From: Massalongia carnosa
Taxonomy: Eukaryota
DNA: 64,000 nt
NCBI GenBank assembly: GCA_965645245.1
Contig: OZ287079.1
Span: 1,054,001 to 1,118,000 of the forward strand
Reading direction: 5' to 3'
In this document: positions 1-11,851 of the stretch, piece after piece
Layout of the letters: each line of letters opens with the position of its first letter
Position numbering within the stretch: position 1 is the stretch's first letter
Notes under the pieces: model-generated
Database searches by the model: none
Seen by the model: the letters and a program-made list of their open reading frames with translations, nothing else
Told to the model about the DNA's origin: nothing
Made by a program: the position numbers and the translations under genes

Positions 1-1163
1 CGACGCACTGCTAGTTGCATCCTGCGATGCAAATAGAAATGTGAACAGGGTTTGGGCAATCTCAAAGTCCGAAAAGTCGCGGAGGAGCATGGCGGGCTTG
101 TCGACATTCGCTACGCCAACCTTTGTAACTTGTTGCCTATATCTCTCCGAGTCCTGCATCGACTTGACCCAGGCATCCATGATACATGTCGTATTGCCAC
201 CAGCTGCCATCCTTGCTTTGCACTTCGCCGCACATTTGGCAAATTCCTCCATCACCATATTTGCCGCTTTTTTGCCATACCAGGTTTTGGTAAAGGGCAA
301 GATAACCGGGAAGTTCACGAGCTCTAACGCAGCCGTGATCTGATAGTAATCATCGGCAATCTTCTTGACTGCAGCATCGGACATGTAATGTCCCACAAAA
401 GTTCGACATGATACTGCACACATAAGTTCTCGAAACTCTGGCATAAAGGGTATGGATTTGCCGGTGTTCTCCACTTGGGATATCTTCACGAACTTGGCAA
501 AGTACTTATCATATACTTCTTCCTGGCCGGGAAGATAAATTTCCAAGGCTGAGCGGGTGAATAGCCCGTTCAAGCCTTTTCTATAGTCAACATGCGCCTT
601 GCCGTCCAAGAATACCCAGTTCGTCGGTCGAAGAAGCTTGTGTGCAGCATCTACAACGCATGGTTTGACGTAAGAAGGCGAATTGAAGACTTTACGAGCC
701 ATATCCCGCGACGAGGCAATGACTACAAATCTGCATCCCATCGTTAGCTTCCAAGCAACAGTGTGGGGGTATGCTTCTTACTTGTGAAAGACAGATACAC
801 AGCTGAGATCTGCACTAGCCCATTTTGCCTTATACTCATCCATCTTAGGGTTCACGGACGAGAGAAAGGGGCCGATGAATGGAGTCTTCCAGGCCGGTCC
901 TACAATACTACCTTTATTCCACAAATATTTGACTATTTCTCGATCAGCCTATGCCCAGACCGTCGCACAATACCATCGCCGCTACGCGCACACTCACATT
1001 GATCGTACGCAATGAGAACCAAAAGCAGAGAAGCAAACACATTAAAGCCATTCATGCCATCATAAAGCCTGAAGAGCAACCCTCCAGCAGCCGCATTCGG
1101 CGCCGCGGTATAGTCGGCGTTCGCTAGCGGTGAGGCAAAAGTAGCATTGGACACTGCTGCCAT
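1..1163 (-). CDS. ERG5: C-22 sterol desaturase (CYP61), 5' part; runs off the window start
   Basis: ATG at 1163 (MAAVSNATFASP...). Spliced minus-strand translation gives [65 protein letters not shown] and FLFASQDATSSA, typical of fungal CYP61. Confidence 0.93.
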
Positions 1164-1511
1164 TGCGGCTCTTGAGGGGAAATAGAGCTGTTGGTGGGCG
1201 AACCAGGAGGGGGTAATGTGCCGAGTAGTATTTAAAAGAATGGGTTCGGCTTCTAGACCTTAATCCGTCTCAGTTACTTATCAACTAACCTTTGCCTTTT
1301 CAATTTCTTTTCCTTTTTCTTTCCTGTTAATTATGTTAGTCCATATAAAAAGATTGTACACCGTGGCAACGAGTGACAAGAAAGGATCGCAATTAAGGAC
1401 GTCGCAGCGGTTGATGACTGCATTTGTTAGCTTGAGATTTTCTTCCCAATTTCAATTTCCAACACCCGTCTGAATTTGCTGATTCTTAGTCAGCATGACT
1501 TCGGCACCGAT

Positions 1512-3471
1512 TCGTGTTTACCCCCTTTTTCACCACACCCCTTTTGCACCAGCGCTAAAACTAAAAAGATTAGCAAAAAAAGTAAAGTATCATCAATGCA
1601 TATACAGTCAGATCGGGTTATAAGAAACTGCTGATTAAGAAACCTCGGCTAGTAAGAAACTCGGACAAAAAGACCGGTTTTTTTCTGGTGAGGGATAAGA
1701 AACCTCGCTCTTTTAGAAAGTTTCTTAACTTTCTCTAAAAATTTTGCGGTGGTTTCTTATAGTAAATATAACTTCTCCTTCGACTTCTTTGAGATATAAT
1801 AGTCAAAATCCGGAGACTCCATCTCGAAATCCTTGAAAACGTCCTACATCCCCGCTTTCTCCTAGAGAGAGAAGCAGAAAAAAGCGTGACGCCTTTACCG
1901 ACGACCAACGACGAGCATTACGAGAGCGTTACCAAGATCCTGCTGTATCTGGAGATGACAAGAAATACGAAAAACTGGCCGTTTTGTTTGACAATCTTTA
2001 CCGTCATAAAATTGACAAAGGACAAGTTTCCAAAATCCTCTCACATAAATGGGCTCATCTGGATACATCTCACGCATTGCTGCGCCCGAATCTGAAGAAA
2101 ACTCGAATTGTACATTGACCTGAATTAGAAACGGCCTAATTTGAGTGGCAACAGCGCATGCAACGCAAAAGAGCGCCTTTGTCGGGCGATTTGTTAAGAG
2201 AAATGGCCTTGAAATTTTGGAAACGATTACCTCTATATCGTAATCAACCATCTCCCAGGTTCTCTATTGGATGGCTGGATTCTTTCAAAAGAAGATACAA
2301 GATTACAAAACATAAACAACACGGCGAGCTCTGTTCCGTCAAGTGTGTGGAGGTTGAAGAAGAGCTAGAAGTAATACGGGTACAGCTATTATCATACGAT
2401 CAGGAAGATATCTACAACATGGAAACTGCGTTATTTTGGAAGGCTACACTCAGTACTACATTGGTTACGGAACAGCTCTCAGGCGGCAAGGTGGAAAAAG
2501 CGAGAATTACTGCAAATTTCTGTTGCAATGCTACTGGAACTCACAAGCTTCTCATATGGTTCATTGGGACGGCCAAAAATCCGCGTGCTTTTGGTTCACA
2601 GGGTGTTCACGCTTGTAACCTGCATATGGTATGACGCAGTAACAGCAGAGCTTGGATATCGGACGATATATTTCGGGAGTATTTACGCTGGTTTAATGGC
2701 AACGTAAGTCGTAAGGTTGACTAAAATCTCGTGTAATCTTGGCAAAATATGGGCCAATGACTCGAGAAGAGGAAGAGAAATATGGCTATCTCAATGAGAC
2801 TCGGGCACAAGAGCAAGAAACGGAGCAACGACTACAGATACAAGCTACAATACGGCGTTTGGAAGACCGTGGTCATATACAAAGCGCCATGCGTATTGGC
2901 GAATTTTTGAACCCTGTTGAAGAGGTGGTAGAGGATAATGAAGAGGATTTGAAGGATCACATCGTTGCTATATATGGTGACCATGAAAGGGAATACGAGA
3001 CGGAGGAGAAGGAGGTCATTGTATCACGTGTTCAAAACAAGGACGCTCTACGAGCTCTTGAAACGTTACGGTTATATGAGGAGCAACGAGAGGTCGGTGA
3101 CGATAATTTGATACGTCGTCTGAATCGTAAAGAGTGAGATATCAAGACCTCAATGGCGATTAGCTCTAGGCAAGCTGTAATGACGGATTTCTTTGTCATT
3201 AGGTAGTCGATAGGTATAGTCTTGAAAATATGCCAAGAATTTTGATATTAGAAACCTCGCCTAATAAGAAACCTAGATGCTACGATTTTGGAGTTTCTTA
3301 TAACCCGATCTGACTGTAGTACTAAATTTAACTATGTACTATTTTGTAAATGAAAATTTTAATTCGTTATCATAATCGTTGTCGGAGCTGATTTTTGATT
3401 TTGTGATTATTAAATAATGATGCTAGTTTAGCGGCCGCGTTTAGCGTTGGTGCAAAAGGGGGTGAACACGA
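1512..3471. mobile_element. Short non-autonomous TIR element (MITE-like, ~250 bp without the insert) interrupted by a pogo-like element
   Basis: Left end TCGTGTTTACCCCCTTTTTCACC-AC-ACCCCTTTTGCACCAGCGCTAAA (1512-1559) is an imperfect inverted copy of TTTAGCGTTGGTGCAAAAGGGGGTGAACACGA (3440-3471). Interior is AT-rich; no clean TSD. Confidence 0.7.
1605..3316 (+). mobile_element. pogo/Tigger-like (Tc1/mariner superfamily) DNA transposon, degenerate and internally deleted
   Basis: Perfect 25-bp TIRs CAGTCAGATCGGGTTATAAGAAACT (1605-1629 and 3292-3316), TA on both sides (1603-1604, 3317-3318). Fragmented transposase with a CENP-B-type HTH (FSIGWLDSFKRRY) and the start of a DDE_1 domain (DIYNMETALFWK...ARITANFCCNATGTHKL). 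Confidence 0.93.
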
Positions 3472-3474
3472 CTA

Positions 3475-6400
3475 CTATCTGTCTCTCGCATAATACCCGC
3501 TCATCTCCAATTTCAGAAGCAGCTGCCCGATCGTATTACCCCGATCTTCGCCCCAGTCCTCTTTCATGAACCCTCCTGTCCCAAGATCATTGTCAGATCT
3601 ATTTAATCCTCCTGGCCCTCGCCTCTCACTTAAGCCTCTGCAGACGCTTACAAAGACTCTGACCTTCTTTCGAAACATCATATAGACATCCTCAATCTTC
3701 GCGTCCACCTCGCTGGTACGAGCTGCGTTGCCGGCCCGCAAGTATCGTGCAAAAACCAAGATAGAGCTAAAAATCTCTTCGAGTAACGTCATCATCTGCG
3801 CCTGCCGTTGACGTAGTAGTAGAGCAAACATCATGCGGTCTAGCACCTGTTCATGGAAACCTTGCAGATGATGTAGACCATTGGTTTCAGCTGCGTCGTA
3901 ATTGTCCAACCGCCTTTCAATAGCGTTAAGTTTCTGCGAGAAAACCAACCAGTTCGATCGGACACCATCAAAGAAATAAGAACAAATAGTTGATACGAAG
4001 TGATTTGCTTCGATTGGAAACCGCCTAAGAATCACGATGGTAGAACTGCGATCTGCTTTCCGGTAAGCTGAGCCCCAGAGGAGATGATTGACAACGAAAA
4101 GCATTCGTGTTCCACGAAGAAGGGTCCGGAAAAGGATATCATATTTAGCCAAACACGAGGGGGTAATCACAGCGTCCAGGGGTGACGGAGGTCGATACTG
4201 CAACCGTAGAAAGTCAAGCGCCTCGATAGAATCAGGGTCCATACATCGCTCAAGTTCGCCTTCAGCCATGTCACGAATTGCAAAGCTCAGTCCTCCTGGG
4301 AGCTCGGTGCGGAACGAGGCCGCGACCCTAGTATGCTCACCTTGGTGAAAGCTTTCATTGAGAATGCCCATCAACACAAGGCGCAACTCAGAGCTTGCTG
4401 GGGGCCAGGAATCTCGGTAGCCAAGCCTAAGGCCCGAGATACCAGATCGCGAATGACCCTTACAACGCTCGGCACTTCCTAAGTCAGGATCGAAAAGTGC
4501 ATGGGAAAGTCGAGTTGCAAACACACCATCCCCAAAGAGACTGAAGCGATGGTGAAGGGTAAGATGCATTTGGAGGTTATGTTTCTTAAATAGAAGTCCA
4601 AGACAAGCCTGATTGACTAGCGCTGCTTGTGCGGCGAGCAATGGGCTAAAGGAAAGCAGAGGAAGGACTGACAACGGAGGTGAAAATGATTCGCTTTCTA
4701 TATCTGTTTTTCCGTAGCTGGCGCTGCTACAGTTCAACACTCTGAGCGAAAGATTGTCTTTGGCTCCAAACATCACGTTCAGTATTGGTGCCTCAATTTT
4801 GGTGATTGATTCGGTAATCTGCAAATGAACCATCTCTTCAGATACGGTAGATATTCTGCCAGTCATGCGCTTCGAAAAAGGTGTATCAAAGACTGAAGGC
4901 AATTGAGATAATCCTCCGGTGTGGAAGCTCTTTATGGCGTCCAGGAGCCCAGACTTGTATTGCTGGGCCTGTCGTTCAATTCTCTCCACATCTTGCCAGG
5001 AAAATCGCCACTCAAGTGAAAAACTCCTCTGTGAAGTATCTAGGTGTAGTGTTGTCAATGGGTGGTTTGGTTCATGTGCTCGAAGTAATCGCAACCCTCG
5101 ACCGGTCTCGAAGATGAATTGAGCATCGTCTTCAGTAATAAAGCATGGCATGATGCTTGGAATAAACTTATACTCAACCTCACGTATCGCTTTTCCCTCC
5201 TCATCTTTCTGCCATTCCTTCTGTGTATCCACAAACTTTATATTTTGGGTATGGCTATTAAAATCTAAGCTTTCGTTTAACCCTATCCAGCTCTGGACTG
5301 ATTCTAACCACGGTCTTGACGCTCGAGCAAGAATCTCGAACAAAATTGGTCGAAGCCAGGCATCTGTATGTTCAAACTCCTCAATATAACTATAGAGCTT
5401 AGAAAGAAGTTCTTCGTCGCACTGAGATCCATGAACCTTAGCAATTATTTCGCTGAGACACTTTAAAATCAGCCCAGGCCTATAAAATATCGACTGAAGC
5501 TGGAGCACGCCATTCTTCAAGATCGAGAGGTCGCCAAATTGAGAGTCTATGATCGTAAGGACTGTAGAGAGTGTGTTTGCTAGGGCTATGAAAGTTGGGC
5601 AAGACTTCCTGATGTGTTATTAGCGGCTTAATAAGCAATCCATGTTCAGCATATCTACTTTGAAGAGTACAGCTTAGAAATGAAACGATGTGCATTCCTC
5701 ATTGTGTTGCCATAACCAACGAATACTGCCACAAGACTGTAGAGTATTATTATATGTTTTTTTATTGCCCAAACACTATCGAGTGGGCTACCTTTCAAAT
5801 GACTCCGGCGTGTATCCGGACATGCGGCCCCTCTTAATGCTTGGCCGGAAGGATTGTTCAGACTCGACATACTGAAACAAAAGCGACTCTCTGCCAAGAC
5901 CAAGCAGAGCCAATCCCTAATATCGTTTGGAATCAGCAATGCCTCAACACTTATCATTATTATCACTAACTGTCAACATTTGGTCGGACCTGACAATTTG
6001 CCTCTCGTAACTTTTAAGTAAACCACTATCTTGGCTGTTGAGGCGTAATGCGGCATCTAAAGCCACAGGCCCTCCTTCGCTCATATATGTCGTCCGGGGC
6101 TCCCACGAAGATTTATCATGAAATAATTCCCAGTTCATGAGCTTCAAAGGAATTTCCTTATAGCCAAGCATGTGCAAGTCAGACCAAGGATCATATTCGA
6201 CAGATTCCCAATCCTCAACTGAGTCGTTAGTGGACTCGACGACGGATGATTCAACCGTACCAATAGTCTCGAGTGGACCATACTCAAAGGACGAAATATC
6301 AGGGAGATGAAGCTTGGGACATTCAACTTTTTTGAGGCTATTACTTGTTCCGGACTGTAAAAGGTGACTCAAAATTTTACTAGAGTTTGAAGTATTTCGT

Positions 6401-6519
6401 CTATCAATCCCCAAACTCCCTCCTCCCATATAGGAGTAGGTGAATGAAGAGGGTTTCCAAAGATCTGGAACTGCAAACGCAATTCCATCCTCGTCGAGCT
6501 CTTCCATAAAGGGTTGCAT
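3475..6519 (-). CDS. GCP6: Gamma-tubulin complex component (Spc97/Spc98 family, GCP6-like), multi-exon
   Basis: ORFs 5944-6522 (FAVPDLWKPS) and 3475-5520 (FSLFGDGVFATRLSHALFDP, LRLGYRDSWPPASSELRLVL, ALDFLRLQYRPPSPLDAVIT). Start is 6519 or 6507. Confidence 0.82.
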
Positions 6520-6897
6520 CAAGAAATCTAGATTGTAATGGCATGATGAAGTGATGAAAAGGTTGGATGTAGGAATGTTTAGAGACTAACGTGTCTCGAC
6601 GCGCCTTGCTAGTTTACTCTATCCGTGCCACCCACATCGGTTCACCTCGCTTAAGGCGAACAGCGATGTGGGTGGCACATTAATAAAGCTGTAATTTACT
6701 GGAGGCGCGCGTCAGCACGCAAGCCTTGAGCCCTTTTAGATTAAAACGCCGAGAGCCAATCGTTTGCAGAGGTCGCGCTCACCCCGTTTCTTCCTCCCAT
6801 AGCCCTTAAACGTTCAGGGCATTTAGGGCAGTGTGGATTAAACCAATCACAACAAAGTTACGATAACTGTATCAACTTCAACCTATGATCCTACAAA

Positions 6898-7912
6898 ATG
6901 CCACCAAAGAAGAAAACTCGCCTACCACCACGAGCAATTTCCACGCCTTCTGGAGATTCATTGAAGCTTGTAGGGGAACGAGCTCAGACTCCATCAGTGA
7001 AGAATGATGTAGCCAAGGCTGGCGTCCTGTTGGACGCATGGACTGACGAGCAGGAGACATCCTTGTTCAAAGGCATGATCAGATGGAAACCTGTAGGTTT
7101 GTTTATCTACCAAAAAGCTTTTTATCGAGCACACGATATAGCTGACAGGAAACTCATCAGGCATGCACAAACATTTCCGGATGATAGCCATTTCCCAGAA
7201 TCTCAGAAACCATGGTTACACCTCACCACGCGACGACCATACACGAATACCCTACATATGGGAGAAACTGGTCAACCTTTATAATCTTGAGGCCTTAGAC
7301 GAGAGGGTCGGTTGAAAATACTCTTCCCAATCCCAATAAGGTATCTGAATAATCGGCATCTAGGAAAATTTTACAAGCGAGCTAAAAACAGATGAAGGCA
7401 ATGACCGCATGAGAGAGCCTTTCTGCCAATTCTTGCTCCCAGAAGACGACTACGGAGATCTGATGTTTGCAAAGAGATTAGCGCCTGAAGGTTCAATTTC
7501 GCCGCTGTCATTACCACGTCAACCTTCAGGAGACAGCGAAGTTGGCACACACCGGCAGAGTAGCATCGACGATACAGATGGTAGGCAAACTTGTTTGACA
7601 GGCTGATATGAACTAACAACCAGCGAATCAATAGATCCCCGCTCATCGCCTGCGTCAGCCGTCGGACAGAGGTCCACCCGTGGGACTCGAAGGATTCGAA
7701 GATCGCAACTTCAAGAAGTGTCAACCCCTTTAGCCCAAGGAGGAGAAAGTAAAGCTTCCATTAACAATGGCGTGGAGGAGGACCAAAAGTTACCCAAAGA
7801 GAACGAGGATGATGCGGGGGTGATTGAGTTCAAAGGTAAATCGATAGCTCAAAATGTCCCAAAGGCAGCAGGCAGCAAGACCAGGAAAAGAAGAAGTGGG
7901 CGCAGAAGATAA
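6898..7912 (+). CDS. EAF7: Chromatin modification protein EAF7 (NuA4 subunit, CT20 family), multi-exon
   Basis: Spliced WTDEQETSLFKGMIRWKPVG|MHKHFRMIAISQNLRNHGY...HTRIPYIWEKLVNLYNLEALDER, with a basic C-terminus. Confidence 0.88.
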
Positions 7913-8505
7913 CTTCAATTCAAAATTATTGAGAATCTGAGAATGTATGATCGCCCATGGTCTTTGTTCCCCTCTGATCCAACTCATGAACTCATGCGCG
8001 CTCAATCGGGAGTGCTGCGTATCAGTGTTTCCCGCTCAGTCTCAGGCCTTTTGCAGTTTTCATATAAAACCAAGGAAGTCACTGTAGCCTTATGTTGCTC
8101 TGCATATAGCTACATAATACTTATCTAGTTGCAATGAGGGAAGCGTTATCAATTCAAGCTATTGGATCAAAGAAGCCATATTGGTGACTAATAAAGACTT
8201 CTCCACGCAAGACCAGCATTACAAGAAAAAAGAAACTAGAAAGAAGTGGAACCGTCTATTATCTCAATTAAATCATGCTAAAACCAGTCATGAGTTATCT
8301 GAATTGTTAACTTATTAGTCGATTCATCCAAGCACTACAATTGTAGGAAAGGTTTTCTAGGAATCGGCTTTAATACAATGGCATCGGCTTTAATATTAGC
8401 CGTCTGCTGTAAACTAACCTCGGCATGCTGCCCGCTTCTTTCAGCAGATATAACTGTCACGCCAACTTGTTCACAGTTCTACCACAGCTTCTCAAGAAGT
8501 CCGGC

Positions 8506-10614
8506 ATGTTGTGTGCTCTAGCAAAACGCCGACGAGTCATCTGGCCCAGTCTACTTCAAGTACCTTCTTCCAAGGTGAAAATGACTTTAGCTCTGACTTA
8601 TACGTGGGCTACTGATGACGGGTTCGGCAGTCTCTCATCATGGATCCTTTTATTATACGAAAAAGTTCGTCTGGGGTACTAGAAGGTAAGGTTATCGGTC
8701 TTCAAATGATTTGACAGAATCCCACGGTCGCTTACGCTTTCATCAGGATACCGAGAAGATAGCTCTAAAGGCCCAATGCTACGCTTTGAAGAATCCCTGC
8801 CTCGCCTACCAATACCTACTTTAGAGGAAACAGCAAGGAGATATTTAAAATCGGTGCATCCACTACTGAACGACTCAGAATTTTCCAAGACCGAGAAAGT
8901 CGTGAAGGAGTTTGTCAAACCTGGAAGTATAGGGCATGAGCTACAGAAAAGATTACAAGCCCGTCGAGAGGACCCAAAACACAAGAACTGGCTCTACGAG
9001 TGGTGGAACGATACGGCGTATCTCAGTTACCAGGACCCAGTCGTCCCTTATGTCAGCTATTTCTATTCACATCATGATGACAGAAGGCAACGTAATCCAG
9101 CAAAACGAGCGGCAGCTTTGACAAGCGCAGTTCTGGAGTTCAAAAAACAGGTTGATGATGGGACCTTGGAACCAGAGTACATGAAAAGGCTACCCATCAG
9201 CATGGAGTCCTACCAGTGGATGTTCAATGCATGTCGCATACCGGGGGAAAGTGTGGATCGCCCTATCAAGTATAATCATCAGGAGCACAAATATATCGTG
9301 GTTGTGCGGAAGAATCAGTTCTTCAAAGTCATGCATGAGATTGGGGGGCAAAAGCTTAACGCATCAGAACTAGAAAAGCAATTTCGCCGCATCTACAAAA
9401 TTGCTGAGAAGGCACCTGCGGTGGGTGCCCTTACTTCGGAAAACCGCAAAACCTGGTCTTTTTCTCGCGCCTTTCTTCGCTCAGCTCATGCATCTAACGC
9501 TGCGGCTCTTGAAGTCATACAAGCGTCATCTTTCCTAGTTTGCCTTGATGATGCTTCTCCCGTGACCCTTGAAGAGCGCGCCCATCAGTACTGGCATGGC
9601 GATGGCAGCAATCGTTGGTTTGATAAACCTTTGCAATTCATTGTCAACGACAACGGCACCTCGGGGTTTATGGGCGAGCATAGCATGATGGATGGTACAC
9701 CTACGCACCGACTTAATGATTATGCAAATATGCTTATCTTCACCAACAAACTCAACCTGACAAACTCCAGCGTCCGCTCCGATCTTCCTGAACCCGTTGC
9801 CCTTAATTTCCATGTTAATCATGATTTGGGCCAAGCTATCGACACCGCTCTAACGAATTTCCGTTCTCTGATCAGTCAACACGAACTCAAAGTCCAGGCC
9901 TTTCAAGGCTATGGCAAAGGGCTGATTAAAAGGTTCAAATGCTCCCCGGACGCTTGTGTTCAGATGATCATTCAACTTGCATATCACAAAATGTATGGCA
10001 TTAATCGACCCACTTACGAATCCGCTGCCACTCGTCGTTTCCAACAGGGCCGAACGGAGACCTGCCGCAGTGTGAGCGACGAGAGTGTCGCATTTTGTAA
10101 CGCCATGGCCAACTCCGAGACTTCGCCCGAGGAATGCGTACATGCATTTCGAGCCGCTATAGATGCGCATGTCAGGTATATCACCGACGCCAGCGACGGG
10201 AAAGGGGTTGATCGACATCTGTTCGGACTTAGGAAGTGTCTGAAGGAGGGCGAGGAGTTGCCAGAAATCTTCAAGGACCGAGCTTATGGATACAGTGGGA
10301 CGTGGTTCTTGAGTACTAGTCAGCTGAGCAGTGAGTATTTCAATGGCTATGGTTGGAGCCAGGTTGTGGATGAGGGGTTCGGCATCGCGTACATGATTAA
10401 TGAGAATAGGTATGTCTCTTTTCTAAATCCACCCTTCAATGGTGGAGACTAGTAGCTATGGGCCATCTTTGCTGATTGTGCACATAGCATTCAGTTCAAC
10501 ATTGTCAGCAAGGGTTTAGGCTGTGAGAGAATGAGTTTTTGGCTGAACGAGGCCGCAGGAGACATTCGAGATTTGCTGCTCCCCACCATTGAAAGTCCGA
10601 AAGCTAGGTTATGA
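8506..10614 (+). CDS. CAT2: Carnitine O-acetyltransferase, mitochondrial/peroxisomal
   Basis: SLPRLPIPTLEET, NRWFDKPLQF, EHSMMDG and TYESAATRRFQQGRTET motifs. Exons 8506-8574, 8631-8685, 8747-~10409 and a last exon ending ...ESPKARL* (PTS1) at 10614. Confidence 0.93.
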
Positions 10615-11851
10615 ATATTGAAGGCTTAAGAGTACTAGTATCATAACATGTATATAGCCTATATCCATAGCTTGCATCTATTAGGTGTCGCCTTTCCGTT
10701 AAAACACGCATGACAATCGCCGTAATGCCTTCGGGACCCATATCGTCGAGCAGCACCTTTAGACCTGTTACACCTCATTCTCTTCTATATAAATACATTG
10801 AACGAAACTATCATCACTAGAAAATGCATATAGTGCCACCATGGAAGAAAGCAAAGGTCGCACGTGATGGAGTGTATCGAACTTCCAAGCGTTCAAAGAT
10901 GATTTGCTCATACTCCGTACAGACGTCATAATCTTCGCCTGGTAAAATCCCAACAAAGAATAGTTAGTGTCTGAAAGTACACTCACTATACCATTTCAGG
11001 GAGATCGCAGCAGAGTCCAGAACCGGATCGAACTCCCAGAGTGTAATTATGGACTAGTTAGGATATTGGGCGAGATTGCGGGTGGGTGGCATTTGGTTCC
11101 GGGAGTTTTGAACTCTCTAAAGTCGGAGGTTTCTTGGCACAAGTGGGTTCGATTTCCGATCCGATCTTGAACTCTTCTCCTCCATCGGTTCCTGACCCAA
11201 TCAGTCCCTGTTCTCCCTCCGCCCCTCTCCGGAAGATTTCCTAACCTGTACTCCGTTACTTTGTGTGCGTACCTTGTATGGAGTACCGAGTATAGAGCAT
11301 CCGTACCTCCGTACTTTGTCTTCTTTTACGCTATACAGCGTACAGCGTACTCTGTAAAGCGTACTCTGTACAGCATACCGGCCGATAAGACTCGAACACG
11401 TCAGATGTGAAGCTAAGCTGGTCATGCGCAGCAGAGCGACAGTCAGGATAGAAAGCATGAAAAGTTACGTATCTAATCAATCAAATGACCGCTTTACAGT
11501 TTACGATACGTTCTTACTACTTGTATTGGATCCTAATCCTAACCCTGATTACCAACTCAAGGTAATTCGATACTCTGACTTCCATCCTTTTTCCGTCACA
11601 GGCTCGGTCTCCTTTGTTGGCCTGTTGCATTGAGTTATTTCTTGTTATCAACATTTGTTGACCTGAAGTCACGCTCACTGCAATGAAGTGTCACAACCAT
11701 GATTAAACCTGAACCTGCATAACTTTAACCGGACGACTGACTCTCAGGCACCAATATGGGCAAGCCCTTCATTGCCGCTCGGCTACATTTTGTCTACTTT
11801 TCCTCTGCTCGAACAAACTTATCTAGACCACGTTGGTGAGACAACTGTCAA

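Noticed and set aside
11134..11160. A-box/B-box-like TGGCACAAGTGG-GTTCGATTTCC suggesting a tRNA or SINE
   Set aside because: The boxes abut with no spacing, and no cloverleaf can be folded.
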